DNA of 64,000 bases from Candidatus Aminicenantes bacterium (GCA_963784525.1 CAWART010000015.1:1672-65671); one strand, 5' to 3'. Positions 21,539 to 31,787 are shown, counted from the stretch's first letter. Notes: generated by a model from the letters alone, not told the origin. A program made the numbers and translations.

Positions 21539-21707
21539 CGTCCGTTTCGAGTTTTCAGGGTCGTTGAGAAGCGGGTTCCGCCGCGTCTCGCCTCGAGGAG
21601 CATCCGCCCGCCCGGCTTGGGCCTCGAACACGTGATCTCGTTCGAGGGGAGCCGATCGAGGACTACGGAGACGATCGTCCGACGTTGATCCGGCTGGAAA
21701 ACGGGCG
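21539..21707. ncRNA. Candidate structured RNA / long leader
   Basis: About seven nested helices found by eye (see findings); family not recognised. Confidence 0.35.
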
Positions 21708-21796
21708 ATCCGGCGCCATCATCTTTAGCTTTGCTCCCGCAACAGAATTGATTACAATGGTTTTGATCGAATGCGTGAACCATCCGAGGGGGGCTT

Positions 21797-22903
21797 ATGG
21801 AACCGTACGAAAACGAAGTCGACCTGATCGAATACCTCGAGACTCTCTGGAAACGACGGTGGCTCATCATCGTCCCGACCGTCATTATCGCTCTCCTCGC
21901 CGGCATCGTCAGCTACCTGATCCCGCCTCAATGGGAGGTCGATGCCATCATCCAGCCGAGCAAGTTCTTCGTCCAATCCGAGCAGGGGACGTTCACGGAA
22001 GTCGTGGTCATAGATCCCAACCTGCTCGCCGGACAGATCAATCAGGGATCCTACGACCGCATGATCGGCGCCAAGCTGAACCTGGACCCAAGGAAATTCC
22101 CGAAGCTGACGGCCACGAGCCTGAAGGACACCAAATTGGTCAGGGTGAGCCTCCGGACCGGGGACGGAGACAAGGACCGCCCGATCCTAAACGCTCTATT
22201 CGAGCTGATCAAGAGCGAGCTCGACCGGAAGATCGACGTCGAGATCAAGAGCATCGCGACACAGATCGCCTCGAAAGAAAACGATATCAAGGCCAGGGGA
22301 TTCGATATCCAATCCCTGGACATCGAGATCGAGAGGGCCCGGCAGGAGATCGTCGCCGCCGGGAACAAGCTGAAGATCTCGGAAGAGCGGTCCCGCGGCC
22401 TCGTCGAGGAAATGAAGGGCGTCAAGGCGCGCATCGACGAGATCGAGAAACAACAGAGATCGATGCTTGCCGAGAAACCGAGCGGGCTCGAGACCCTGGG
22501 GCTCCTCCTTTACTCCAACGAGGTCCAGCAGAACTTCCGTTACTACAATACTCTAGAGGAGAGCCTGAGCACGGAAAAGAACACCCAAGAGGACCTCCGG
22601 CTGTCCCTCCACGAGAAAGAGCAGATCATCAAGGGCATCAAAACCCAGATCGAGAAGGTCAACCAGGAGATCGTCGTACTGCGGAGCGACATGGATCTCG
22701 TGGAGGAAAGGAAGCAGCGCATCGATTACGCCCAGCTCGTCAAGGAGCCGACCGTATCGCTGAATCCGATCTTTCCGAAGAAGAGGGCGAACGTCGCGAT
22801 CGCCGGCATATTGGCGTTCTTCTCTTTCTCGATCCTGGCGCTCATCCTGGAATCCGTCAAAAGATGGAAGACCCGGCTCATATCCGGCTCCCGAAGCCAA
22901 TGA
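21797..22903 (+). CDS. Wzz-family polysaccharide chain-length determinant
   Basis: EVDLIEYLETLWKRRWLI, two terminal TM segments, a long coiled coil and P...PKK before TM2. Confidence 0.88.
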   Translation: MEPYENEVDLIEYLETLWKRRWLIIVPTVIIALLAGIVSYLIPPQWEVDAIIQPSKFFVQSEQGTFTEVVVIDPNLLAGQINQGSYDRMIGAKLNLDPRKFPKLTATSLKDTKLVRVSLRTGDGDKDRPILNALFELIKSELDRKIDVEIKSIATQIASKENDIKARGFDIQSLDIEIERARQEIVAAGNKLKISEERSRGLVEEMKGVKARIDEIEKQQRSMLAEKPSGLETLGLLLYSNEVQQNFRYYNTLEESLSTEKNTQEDLRLSLHEKEQIIKGIKTQIEKVNQEIVVLRSDMDLVEERKQRIDYAQLVKEPTVSLNPIFPKKRANVAIAGILAFFSFSILALILESVKRWKTRLISGSRSQ

Positions 22904-22940
22904 CGGGCAGATGTCCGAGCGGGGCTGTCCCTAATTTAAC

Positions 22941-22970
22941 TTGACACACAGACCCGTCGCTTCTTAGAAT
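22941..22970 (+). promoter_or_regulatory. sigma70 promoter upstream of the RAYT-like gene and polysaccharide operon
   Basis: TTGACA-18 bp-TAGAAT; a second TATAAT at 23060-23065. Confidence 0.65.
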
Positions 22971-23085
22971 TGGATAGGCGTTTAGCCTCGCGGCCGACGG
23001 ATGAGTGATGGAAACTGAGAATGGCAGGCCGTTTCCTCTTCCAAGAGTGGTAGCGTTCCTATAATAGCCGCCGTCCCTAATTAAT

Positions 23086-23751
23086 ATGCGCGCTTCACGT
23101 ACGGTCGCCCCGGGTCTCCCCCATCACGTGCTCCAGTACGGAAATTACGGCCACCGTGTGTTCGAGGACGCCGGCGATTATGAACATTATCTCGGCTGGC
23201 TCGCCGAATACTGCCGGCGTTTCGGCGTCGAGATCTGGGCCTATTGCTTGATGCCGAACCACGTCCATCACGTCTGCGTCCCGGGAACAGAAACCGGACT
23301 GGCCCGAACCTTCAATGCCCTGCATATGCGCTACGCACAGTACTTCAACCTGAAGCGCAATCTTCAGGGACATCTCTGGCAGGGGCGCTTCTATTCTTCC
23401 ATCCTCGACGACCGGCATGCTTATGAAGCCGTGCGCTTTGTCGAAACAAATCCCCTCCGCTGGCGCCTCGTCAACGAGGCCCAGGCTTATCCCTGGTCGA
23501 GCGCCCGGAGTCATGCCGCGGAGGCGGCCGATCCGGTGCTCCAGTCCGCCTGTCCGATCAAGGCCCGCGCGGGGGACTGGACCGTCTATCTGCAGGGGCC
23601 CGCCGATATCGCCGCGGTCGAGGCGCTCAGAAAGAACATGAAATCCGGAAAGCCCTGCGGGGACCGGGAGTTCGTCCGGGCTCTTGAAAGCATGTTGAGC
23701 CGGGACTTGACGGTCAGGCCCAGAGGAAGGCCGAGAAAGGTGGTCGCATGA
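23086..23751 (+). CDS. REP-associated tyrosine transposase (RAYT, Y1/HUH) homolog with apparent catalytic Tyr->Phe
   Basis: PGLPHHV, AYCLMPNHVH (HUH), GHLWQGRFYS, VRFVETNP (family form RY[IV]ExNP), YPWSS and C-terminal RGRPRK. Confidence 0.88.
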   Translation: MRASRTVAPGLPHHVLQYGNYGHRVFEDAGDYEHYLGWLAEYCRRFGVEIWAYCLMPNHVHHVCVPGTETGLARTFNALHMRYAQYFNLKRNLQGHLWQGRFYSSILDDRHAYEAVRFVETNPLRWRLVNEAQAYPWSSARSHAAEAADPVLQSACPIKARAGDWTVYLQGPADIAAVEALRKNMKSGKPCGDREFVRALESMLSRDLTVRPRGRPRKVVA

Positions 23752-25049
23752 TCAAGGAACGTGAGATCCTTTTATCCAAGATCGATTCCCGCCGGGCCAG
23801 GGTCGCCGTGATCGGCCTCGGCTATGTCGGCCTGCCGCTCGCCGTGGAATTCGCCAAGGCGGGCTTCCCGACGTTCGGCATCGACGTCGACGACCGCAAG
23901 GTCGCCGCGCTCAACGCCGGACGCTCCTATGTCCTCGACGTCCCCCAAAGCGATCTCGCGGGAGTGGTCCCCTCGGGGCATCTAAAGGCGACGTCGGATT
24001 TCGGCGTTCTGCGCGAGTGCGACGCCGTGTCCATCTGCGTCCCGACCCCCCTGTCGAAGACCCATGATCCGGACCTGTCCTATGTGGTCGCGGCCGTCGA
24101 TAAGGTCGCCCGGCACGTCCATCCCGGGATGCTGATCGTCCTTGAGAGCACTACTTACCCCGGTACGACCGACGAGATCATCATCCCGAAGGTCGTCCGG
24201 AGCGGCCATGAAGTGGGCCGGGACGTCTTCGTAGCGTTCTCGCCGGAGCGCACCGACCCCGGGCCGCAAGGACTTCACGCTGAAGACGACCCCGAAGATC
24301 GTCGGGGGGGCCACGCCGGCGTGCCTCGAGATCGCCACGGCGCTTTACTCCCATATCACCGGAAGGACCGTTCCGGTCAGCTCCGTCGCCGCCGCGGAGA
24401 TGGCTAAACTGCTCGAAAACACGTTCCGGGCGGTGAACATCGCCCTGGCGAACGAGACCCTTCTCATCTGTGACAAGCTGGGGCTCGACGCCTGGGAGGT
24501 CATCGAGGCCGCCGCTACGAAGCCGTACGGATTCATGAAGTTCACGCCCGGCCCCGGGGTCGGCGGCCACTGCATCCCGCTCGATCCCCAGTACCTCTCC
24601 TGGAAGCTGAGGACGCTGGATTACAACGCACGGTTCGTCCAGCTCGCGGAAGAGATCAACGGGCACATGCCGGCCTATTGGGTCGGCAAGGTCGTCGACG
24701 TCCTCAACGCCGCGAAGAAGGCCGCGAACGGCAGCCGGGTGCTGGTCCTGGGCGTGACCTACAAGCCCGATATCGACGACCTGCGAGAAAGTCCGGCTCT
24801 CGATATCATCAAGCTGTTGGTGAAATTGGGCGCCGCGGTGAGCTATCACGATCCGTTCGTGACCTCGTTGAAGCACGAGGGACTCGACGTCCCGTTCGCC
24901 GAGCTGACGGACGCGTCCCTGGACAAGGCCGATTGCGTGATGATCGTGACCGATCACGCCGCCTACGATTGGGACCGCCTGAGGCCCTCGGTCCGGGCCT
25001 TCGTCGATTGCCGGAACGCGCTGAAAAAAGTAGGGAGGTGGCCGCATGA
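23748..25049 (+). CDS. Nucleotide-sugar (UDP-GlcNAc-type) 6-dehydrogenase, frameshifted
   Basis: VIGLGYVGLPLA, ICVPTP, LESTTYPGTT, FSPER, KLLENTFRAVNIAL and PGPGVGGHCIP. The 3' end is approximate. Confidence 0.9.
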
Positions 25050-26100
25050 ACCGACGAGAGCTGACGGGACACGTTCAAGGGAAAGACCGTCCTCGTGACC
25101 GGGGGCACGGGAAGCTTCGGTCACCAGATCATCCGGGAGCTTCTGGCGCTCGACGCCGCCCGCATCCACGTCTACAGCCGGGACGAGAAGAAGCAGTACG
25201 ACATGGCCATGTCGTATCGCCGGCATCGGAACCTGCTGTTCAACATCGGCGACGTCCGGGACCTCGAGAGGACGCGCGACGCGATGCGCGGCGTCGACAT
25301 CGTCTTCAACGCGGCCGCCCTCAAACAGGTCCCGAACTGCGAGTACGCGCCGTTCGAGGCCGTCGCGACCAATGTCATCGGCGCCAACAACGTCCGGCGG
25401 GCCGCGATCGAGGCCGGCGTGAGCACCGTCGTCTCGATCAGCACGGACAAGGCCGTCAAGCCGGTCAACGTCATGGGCATGACCAAGGCGCTCCAGGAAC
25501 GGATCATGCTCGATCCGTCGTACAGCGGAGGGGCCACGAGGTTCGTGTGCGTCCGTTACGGGAACGTCCTGGGCAGTCGCGGAAGCGTCGTCCCCCTGTT
25601 CTTCGACACCATCAAAAAAGGCCTCCCGCTCCCGATCACCCACCCCGATATGACGCGGTTCCAGCTGACATTGAAGGAAGCCGTCCGGCTCGTCCTCTGG
25701 GCGACCGTCAAGGGCGAATCCGGCGATCTCTGGGTCCAAAAGATGCCCGCGGCGCGGATCCCCGACCTGGGGCTGGCGCTGGCCCATGGCCTCACCGGCC
25801 GGAAGGACTATCCCCTGGCCGTCATCGGGCTGCGGCCGGGCGAGAAGATGCACGAGGTCCTCGTCTCTGAAGAGGAAATGTGGCGCGCCACGGAGCTCAA
25901 GAACTATTTATGTGATCCCGTCCTGGGCGAGATCCCAGGACAAGAAGACCCCCGAGGGGGTCCGGGTCTCCGAATATTCCTCCGCGGGGACGCATCTTCT
26001 GACCCGGGAGGAGCTCCTGGCCCTGCTGAAGTCCGACGGCTGGTTCGGGCCCGACGCCCCGAGAATGGCCGCCAAAGGGATCGAGATCGATGAAGGCTGA
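25046..26100 (+). CDS. UDP-GlcNAc 4,6-dehydratase/5-epimerase (FnlA/CapE/PseB-like), frameshifted
   Basis: TGGTGSFG, SRDEKKQ, AAALKQVP, STDKAV..NVMGMTKA, RYGNVLGSRGSVVP and RPGEKMHE. Confidence 0.9.
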
Positions 26101-27196
26101 GCGCGCGCCCATTCCCCTGTTCAAGGTCTTCCTGGCCCCCGAGCGGGAGCTCATGCCGCGTCTCCGGGACGTCCTTTACAGCGGCCAGATCAGCGAGGGC
26201 GCGCCCGTCTATGAGTTCGAGAGGAGGTTCTCCGCCTTCGCCGGACTCCCCAACGTCCTTTCTTTCTACAGCGGCACGGCCGCCCTCCACGCCGCCCTGA
26301 TCCTTGCCGGCGTCGGGGCCGGGGATGAGGTCATCTCGACCCCGATGACCGCGGAGCCGACGAACATGGCTATCCGCCATGCCGGCGGCACGATCGTCTG
26401 GGCCGACGTGGACCCCGCCAACGGGAACCTCACGGCCGCGGCGATCGCCGACCGGGTCACCCCGCGAACGAAGGCCGTCATGGTCGTCCATTACGGCGGG
26501 ATCCCCGCCCCGATGGACGGCATCCGGGAGATCGCCGGGCGGGCCGGCGTGCCGGTCGTGGAGGACGCGGCCCATGCCCTCGGGGCGCGCTACGGCGACC
26601 TGCCGATCGGGGCCCTCTCCGCGTACGCCGTCTTTTCTTTCCAGGCCGTCAAGCACCTGACCACTGTGGACGGCGGCATGTTGGCCTGCCGGGATCCCGG
26701 CGATCTTCCGCGCGGGCGCGCCCTCCGCTGGTTCGGGATCGACCGTCAAGCCTCCCGGACCGAGGTGGACGTGACGACTGTCGGCTACAAGTATCACATG
26801 AACAATGTCAACGCGACGATCGGCCTGGTCCAGCTTGATCATGCCGCTTCCGTGATCGAACGGCATGTCGCCAACGGCCGCTTTTTCGATGCCGCTCTTC
26901 GGGGAATTCCCGGGCTGGACCTCTGCGGTTGGGAAGAAAAGGCCCGGCCCTCCTATTGGTTCTACACGGTCCTGGCGGAGCGGCGAGAGGAGCTCTCCCG
27001 ATACCTCACAGAGCACGGGATCGGGAATTCCCAGGCCCACAGACGCAACGATCTGCATTCCGTGTTCGCGTCCAGCCGCCGGGATCTTCCCGGCCTCGAT
27101 ATCTTCTATTCCCGCATGCTTCATATCCCATGCGGTTGGTGGGTAAGCGATGAGGACAGGGAATTCATCGTCGAAGCGATCCGGCGGGGATGGTGA
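26090..27196 (+). CDS. DegT/DnrJ/EryC1/StrS PLP-dependent sugar aminotransferase
   Basis: SGTAALH, EDAAHALG and FSFQAVKHLTTVDGG (catalytic Lys present). Confidence 0.92.
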   Translation: MKAERAPIPLFKVFLAPERELMPRLRDVLYSGQISEGAPVYEFERRFSAFAGLPNVLSFYSGTAALHAALILAGVGAGDEVISTPMTAEPTNMAIRHAGGTIVWADVDPANGNLTAAAIADRVTPRTKAVMVVHYGGIPAPMDGIREIAGRAGVPVVEDAAHALGARYGDLPIGALSAYAVFSFQAVKHLTTVDGGMLACRDPGDLPRGRALRWFGIDRQASRTEVDVTTVGYKYHMNNVNATIGLVQLDHAASVIERHVANGRFFDAALRGIPGLDLCGWEEKARPSYWFYTVLAERREELSRYLTEHGIGNSQAHRRNDLHSVFASSRRDLPGLDIFYSRMLHIPCGWWVSDEDREFIVEAIRRGW

Positions 27197-27257
27197 CCCC
27201 GTGCGCGCGGGCGCGCCGGGGGAGCTGCCCCGGGCGGATCGGAGAGTCCGGAAAGAC

Positions 27258-28367
27258 ATGATCCCGCTCTACAAGGTGCACATGCCGCCCGATATCGGGA
27301 GCCTCGTGTCCGGCGTTCTGCGCTCCGGGCGACTCTCCGGGGGGCCGTATGTCGACAGGTTCGAGGCCCTCCTCGGCGAATATCTCGGGAATCCGCTGGT
27401 CTCGGCGACAGGCGACGTCTCTTCGTCGCTGACCCTTTGCTTGCGCCAGGCCGGCGTCGGGCCCGGAGCCGAGGTCCTGATGTCTCCGCTCGTCTGCTTA
27501 TCGACGAGCAGTCCGGTGAAGAACCTCTTTGCCGATATCCGCTGGTGTGACGTCGATCCATTGACGGGGAATATCGACCCTGCCGAAATCGCGAAAAGGA
27601 TGACGCCGCGAGCCAAAGCGATCGTGGTCTATCACTGGGCCGGCAATCCCGCCGACCTTGCGGCGATCCATGCGGCAGCCCGGGATCACGGCCTCGCCGT
27701 CATCGAGGATGCCGGAGAGGCGCTCGGCGCCGAATACCACGGAAAGAAGATCGGCGCAACCGGTTCGGACTTTACGGTCTTTTCGTTCTATCCCAACCGT
27801 CACCTGACGACCATCGAAGGCGGAGCCATCGCCTGCGCGCATAAGGATGACTATGAAAAAGTGCGCCGGCTGAAGCGGTACGGAATCCATCGGGCCAGTT
27901 TCCGCGACGAAGACGGCGAAATCAATCCCGCATCCGATATCCCTGTTGCCGGTTGGAACTCCTACATGAATCACGTGGCGGCCACGGTCGGGGTCGCGCA
28001 GATGGAGCACCTCCCCCGGATCGTGGCCCGTCATCGGGAGAACGGCCTGTTCTACGATCATATGCTGGTGGATGCTCCTGGGGTAACGGTCTTACGAAGG
28101 CCTGCCGATTCATCCTCGGCCTACTGGGTCTACACGTTCCTCGCCCGGGAGCGCGACCGCCTTCTCGAGGCGCTCCGCCGGAACGGGGTTCAGGCCTCGA
28201 AGGTCCATCTCCGGAACGATCTTTATACGGCGTTCGGGAGCGGCCCGGAGGACCTTCCGGGCGTGAAGGAATTCTCGGACCACTGCCTGAGCGTCCCTTG
28301 CGGCTGGTGGGTGACCGACGAGGAGCGCTCCCGAATATCGGACCTCATCCGTCATGAAGCGCACTGA
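27258..28367 (+). CDS. DegT-family paralog with Arg at the Schiff-base Lys position
   Basis: EDAGEALG and FSFYPNRHLTTIEGG; C-terminal PCGWWV shared with the upstream paralog. Confidence 0.88.
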   Translation: MIPLYKVHMPPDIGSLVSGVLRSGRLSGGPYVDRFEALLGEYLGNPLVSATGDVSSSLTLCLRQAGVGPGAEVLMSPLVCLSTSSPVKNLFADIRWCDVDPLTGNIDPAEIAKRMTPRAKAIVVYHWAGNPADLAAIHAAARDHGLAVIEDAGEALGAEYHGKKIGATGSDFTVFSFYPNRHLTTIEGGAIACAHKDDYEKVRRLKRYGIHRASFRDEDGEINPASDIPVAGWNSYMNHVAATVGVAQMEHLPRIVARHRENGLFYDHMLVDAPGVTVLRRPADSSSAYWVYTFLARERDRLLEALRRNGVQASKVHLRNDLYTAFGSGPEDLPGVKEFSDHCLSVPCGWWVTDEERSRISDLIRHEAH

Positions 28368-29280
28368 CGCAGGCGTTGATGGCGCGGATATCCGCATCCG
28401 GCCGTGCGCGCCTTCGGACCTGCCCGCGGTCATCGCCGCCGTCGATCGGGAGTTCATCTTCGATAAGGGGCGATCGCTCTCCATGGCCCGCCGTTACCCG
28501 AACGTCCTGTCCCTCGATAACCTCGGACACATCCTCGTCGCCGGAAGCCGCCGCTCGATATGCGGCGCGCTGGGGATCAGGACCTTCGATTATGCCGACG
28601 GGCCCCGCGTCTGGCGGGGCGCGATGATCGGCATGGTCTGGGTCGATCCCCGCTGCAGGGGAAAAGGGCTCGGGAGGGCGCTGATGGCAGAGGCCGAGCG
28701 CGTCCTCAAGGAAGAGAGTCTGGACTTCGGCGTGCTGTGGACGGGGATCCCCGGATTCTATGAGCCGGGAGGCTGGTCCCCGAAGGATCCCAGCCTGTTC
28801 GGAGAAGCGCTCGCAGGTTCCCCGGCCCCGGGTGCGGCCCCGGCGGTCCCGATGCCCCTGAGTCCGGAGGATGCCGTGCGCCTGGAAAGGGCGAGGGCTT
28901 GCCTGGAATCCCGCCGCGTCATCCGAAAGCCCGCCGACTACAGGGTCATCCCGACGCCCGCCGTCGAGGTTCTCTGCTTTTGGGCTTCCGGAACGGGAGC
29001 CGAGGGGTATGCCCTTGCGGGCGAAGCGGATGGGGAGGGCTACTTATACGAGATGGTGGCGCCTCCGGAGCTTTGGGACGGATTGTGGTCCGGCCTGATG
29101 GGGCGTTTCAAGCGGCTCTGGGTCAACGGCCGGGCGGGCGATCCCTTCTCCCGATGGATTGCGGACAAAGGCTTTGCTCTTCTCCGGCCCCAGAGCAAGA
29201 CCATGTGGCATCGCCTGTCCCGCGTCGCGTCCCCGGCTCCCTGGGAGACCTGGCACATCCCCTACTTCGATCGGATCTGA
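28354..29280 (+). CDS. GNAT-family N-acyltransferase
   Basis: IGMVWVDPRCRGKGLGRALM acetyl-CoA motif and FYEPGGW. Confidence 0.8.
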   Translation: MKRTDAGVDGADIRIRPCAPSDLPAVIAAVDREFIFDKGRSLSMARRYPNVLSLDNLGHILVAGSRRSICGALGIRTFDYADGPRVWRGAMIGMVWVDPRCRGKGLGRALMAEAERVLKEESLDFGVLWTGIPGFYEPGGWSPKDPSLFGEALAGSPAPGAAPAVPMPLSPEDAVRLERARACLESRRVIRKPADYRVIPTPAVEVLCFWASGTGAEGYALAGEADGEGYLYEMVAPPELWDGLWSGLMGRFKRLWVNGRAGDPFSRWIADKGFALLRPQSKTMWHRLSRVASPAPWETWHIPYFDRI

Positions 29281-30804
29281 ATGATGATCAGACGGAACAT
29301 CGTGGCGAACATGATCGGCCGCGCCTGGGGGGTCCTATCGGTCTATTTATTCGTTCCGCTCTACCTGAAGTTCCTCGGGATCGAAGCCTTCGGCCTCGTC
29401 GGATTCTACTCCACGCTTCTCGGGGTGCTTGCCTTCGCGGACCTGGGGCTGACGGCGACGCTCAGCCGCGAAATGGCCCGCCTTGAGGCTCGCGAAGGCA
29501 CGGCCGGGGAGATGGGCGACCTTCTCCGGACGTATGAATCCATCTATCTCGGCATCTCTCTGGCCCTCGCTTCCGTGATATGGCTTCTGGCGCCGGTCAT
29601 CGCCGGGCGCTGGCTTCAAGCCAGCGCGCTTCCCCCGGCGGAGATCGCTTCGGCCATAAGGATCATGGGAATCGCCATCGCCTTCCAACTGCCGGCCACC
29701 CTGTATTCGGGCGGGCTTTTCGGCCTGCAAAGGCAGGTCATGGCCAATTTCCTTTCGATCGGCTGGAGCGTATTGCGCGGGGTGGGCTCGGTGCTGGTGT
29801 TATGGTTCGTGTCCCCAACGATCCTGGCTTTCGCTTTCTGGCAGCTCTTCTCGAATGCCGCTTATTGTTTCGCGGTTCGCTCCGGCCTTTGGCACTCCTT
29901 GCCCGCCCCGCCGGCCCGGCCGGGATTCAAGAGCGCGGTGCTCCGCAACACATGGCGTTACGCATCGGGGCTGGCCTGCCTGACCCTCTTATCGGGCATT
30001 CTGAAGCAGGCGGACAAGCTGGCGGTCAGCAAACTGATGCCTTTGGAGGTCTTTGGGTACTACACGCTTGCGGGCTCGCTGGCCATGGCGCCCCTCCTGC
30101 TCGCCAATCCTATCGCCATCGCCGTCTTCCCCCGCCTGACCGGACTTGTCTCCACGGGCGACGGAGCTCCGCTCAAGCGGATCTATCACAGGGCTTGTGC
30201 TCTGGTCAGCGTCGCCGTCTTCCCGGGGGCATTGACGCTGGCTCTCTATGCAGGCGATTTCATCTTTGCCTGGACGGGCTCCGTCGCCGCCGGCCATAAG
30301 GTAGGGACCGTCGCCGCCCTCCTGTTGGCCGGTCAGGCCATGCAAGCCATTACGGTCGTGCCGTATTATCTGGCCCTCGCGCACGGGAATATCAAGCTGA
30401 ACCTGTGGATCGGCACGGCTTCGGTGCTGATCATCACACCGCTCCTCATTCTCCTGATCAAGAGGTTCGGCGTCGTCGGCGGAGGGATCTCATGGCTGAT
30501 CCTGACCCTCTGCACATTGCCGCCCTATATGTATTTTCTACACCGCCGCTTCCTGCCCGGCGAGTCCCTCTCCTGGATCCTGCACGATATCGGGCGCCCC
30601 CTGCTGGCGTCCCTGCCCGCGATCATCCTGGCCTCACATCTATGGCCTCACTCATCGACCCGCGTGATCGTCTTCGCCCAGATCGGCCTGGTCTGGGGCG
30701 TCTCGCTCGTCTCCGCCGTAATGGCCATGCCCGAATTCCGCGGCGAGCTCATCCTGAGGGCGAGAAAGCTTCTGGGCGCGTCGATGGAGAGAAGGCCGGA
30801 TTGA
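29281..30804 (+). CDS. wzx: Wzx oligosaccharide flippase
   Basis: MOP-type multi-TM protein: RNIVAN..G, LGIEAFGLVG, DLGL, DKLAVSKL...FGYY. Confidence 0.88.
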   Translation: MMIRRNIVANMIGRAWGVLSVYLFVPLYLKFLGIEAFGLVGFYSTLLGVLAFADLGLTATLSREMARLEAREGTAGEMGDLLRTYESIYLGISLALASVIWLLAPVIAGRWLQASALPPAEIASAIRIMGIAIAFQLPATLYSGGLFGLQRQVMANFLSIGWSVLRGVGSVLVLWFVSPTILAFAFWQLFSNAAYCFAVRSGLWHSLPAPPARPGFKSAVLRNTWRYASGLACLTLLSGILKQADKLAVSKLMPLEVFGYYTLAGSLAMAPLLLANPIAIAVFPRLTGLVSTGDGAPLKRIYHRACALVSVAVFPGALTLALYAGDFIFAWTGSVAAGHKVGTVAALLLAGQAMQAITVVPYYLALAHGNIKLNLWIGTASVLIITPLLILLIKRFGVVGGGISWLILTLCTLPPYMYFLHRRFLPGESLSWILHDIGRPLLASLPAIILASHLWPHSSTRVIVFAQIGLVWGVSLVSAVMAMPEFRGELILRARKLLGASMERRPD

Positions 30805-30805
30805 C

Positions 30806-31787
30806 ATGAGGATCGCCGCCGTCACGATCGCCTATAACGACCATTACAAGATCAGGGAGTGGCGTTCGCATTACGAAGAATATAGGAACGAGATCTTTCG
30901 GCATATCATTGTCGACAACGGCTCCGACCCTGATTTTTCCCGGCTTCTCGATACTCTATTCCCCGACTCGATCATCATCAAAAGAGATACGAACATGGGG
31001 ACCACGGCCGCCTACAACGAGGGGATCAGATACGCCCTGGAAAACAACGAGGTCGATTCCCTCCTCCTGATCGGAAACGACATTCGCCTGCCTTCCGGAA
31101 ATCTCTCGATCCTCCACAAGGCCCTTTTCGATCGCGAGTCCTGCGGCGCCATCATGCCGATCCTCTTTTCCAAAGACTCCGACCTCATCGAGAGCTACGG
31201 GGCCGAGATCAATAGGGTGCTGTTCCTGAGCCAGGCGCACAGGAACGAAAAGGTTCGCGATGCGCTGCCCGAGATCCGCGAGGTGGGAGCCGTCGGCGGG
31301 CGGTATTCACCTGGCCAAAAGGGGGACCTACGAGACCATCGGACTCCAGGACGAGAGCCTGTTCATGTACGGAGACGAGATCGATATGGGAATCAGAATG
31401 GCCGCAACCGACATCAAGGCGATGGCCACGAGGCGGGCCGTCGCCTGGCATCAGCACATTTCGCCGACCGGCTCGTCGTGCCGCGAGCGATATGCCGTAT
31501 TCCTCATCCGAAGGAACAACATCTATCTGGCTTATAAGCACTTCGGGTTCCCGCGGGCGCTGGCCGTATTCTTCACTCTGATGGCGAGGACGCCGGTCAT
31601 GGCCGCCGCTTTCCTGAAAAAACGGGCCCCGGGTCATCTCCGTTACTATTGGCTCGGCTGCATTTGCGGAATATGCCGGATTCAAAAGAACTTTCGCTTC
31701 ATTGTCGATAATTTGGGGGATGAGGGACGCCGAAGGCGTGAGGCCCGTTCCCAAGCCGCCCCCCCGGCGCCGCGGAAAGTCCGATGA
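30806..31787 (+). CDS. Glycosyltransferase family 2 (frameshift near 31300)
   Basis: IIVDNGSD, NMGTTAAYNEG and FMYGDEIDMGIR, in two ORFs. Confidence 0.82.

Noticed and set aside
23086-23751. Active IS200/IS605 insertion sequence
   Set aside because: There is no tnpB and no right-end hairpin (the stop overlaps the next gene). The sequence is RAYT-like and lacks the expected catalytic Tyr.
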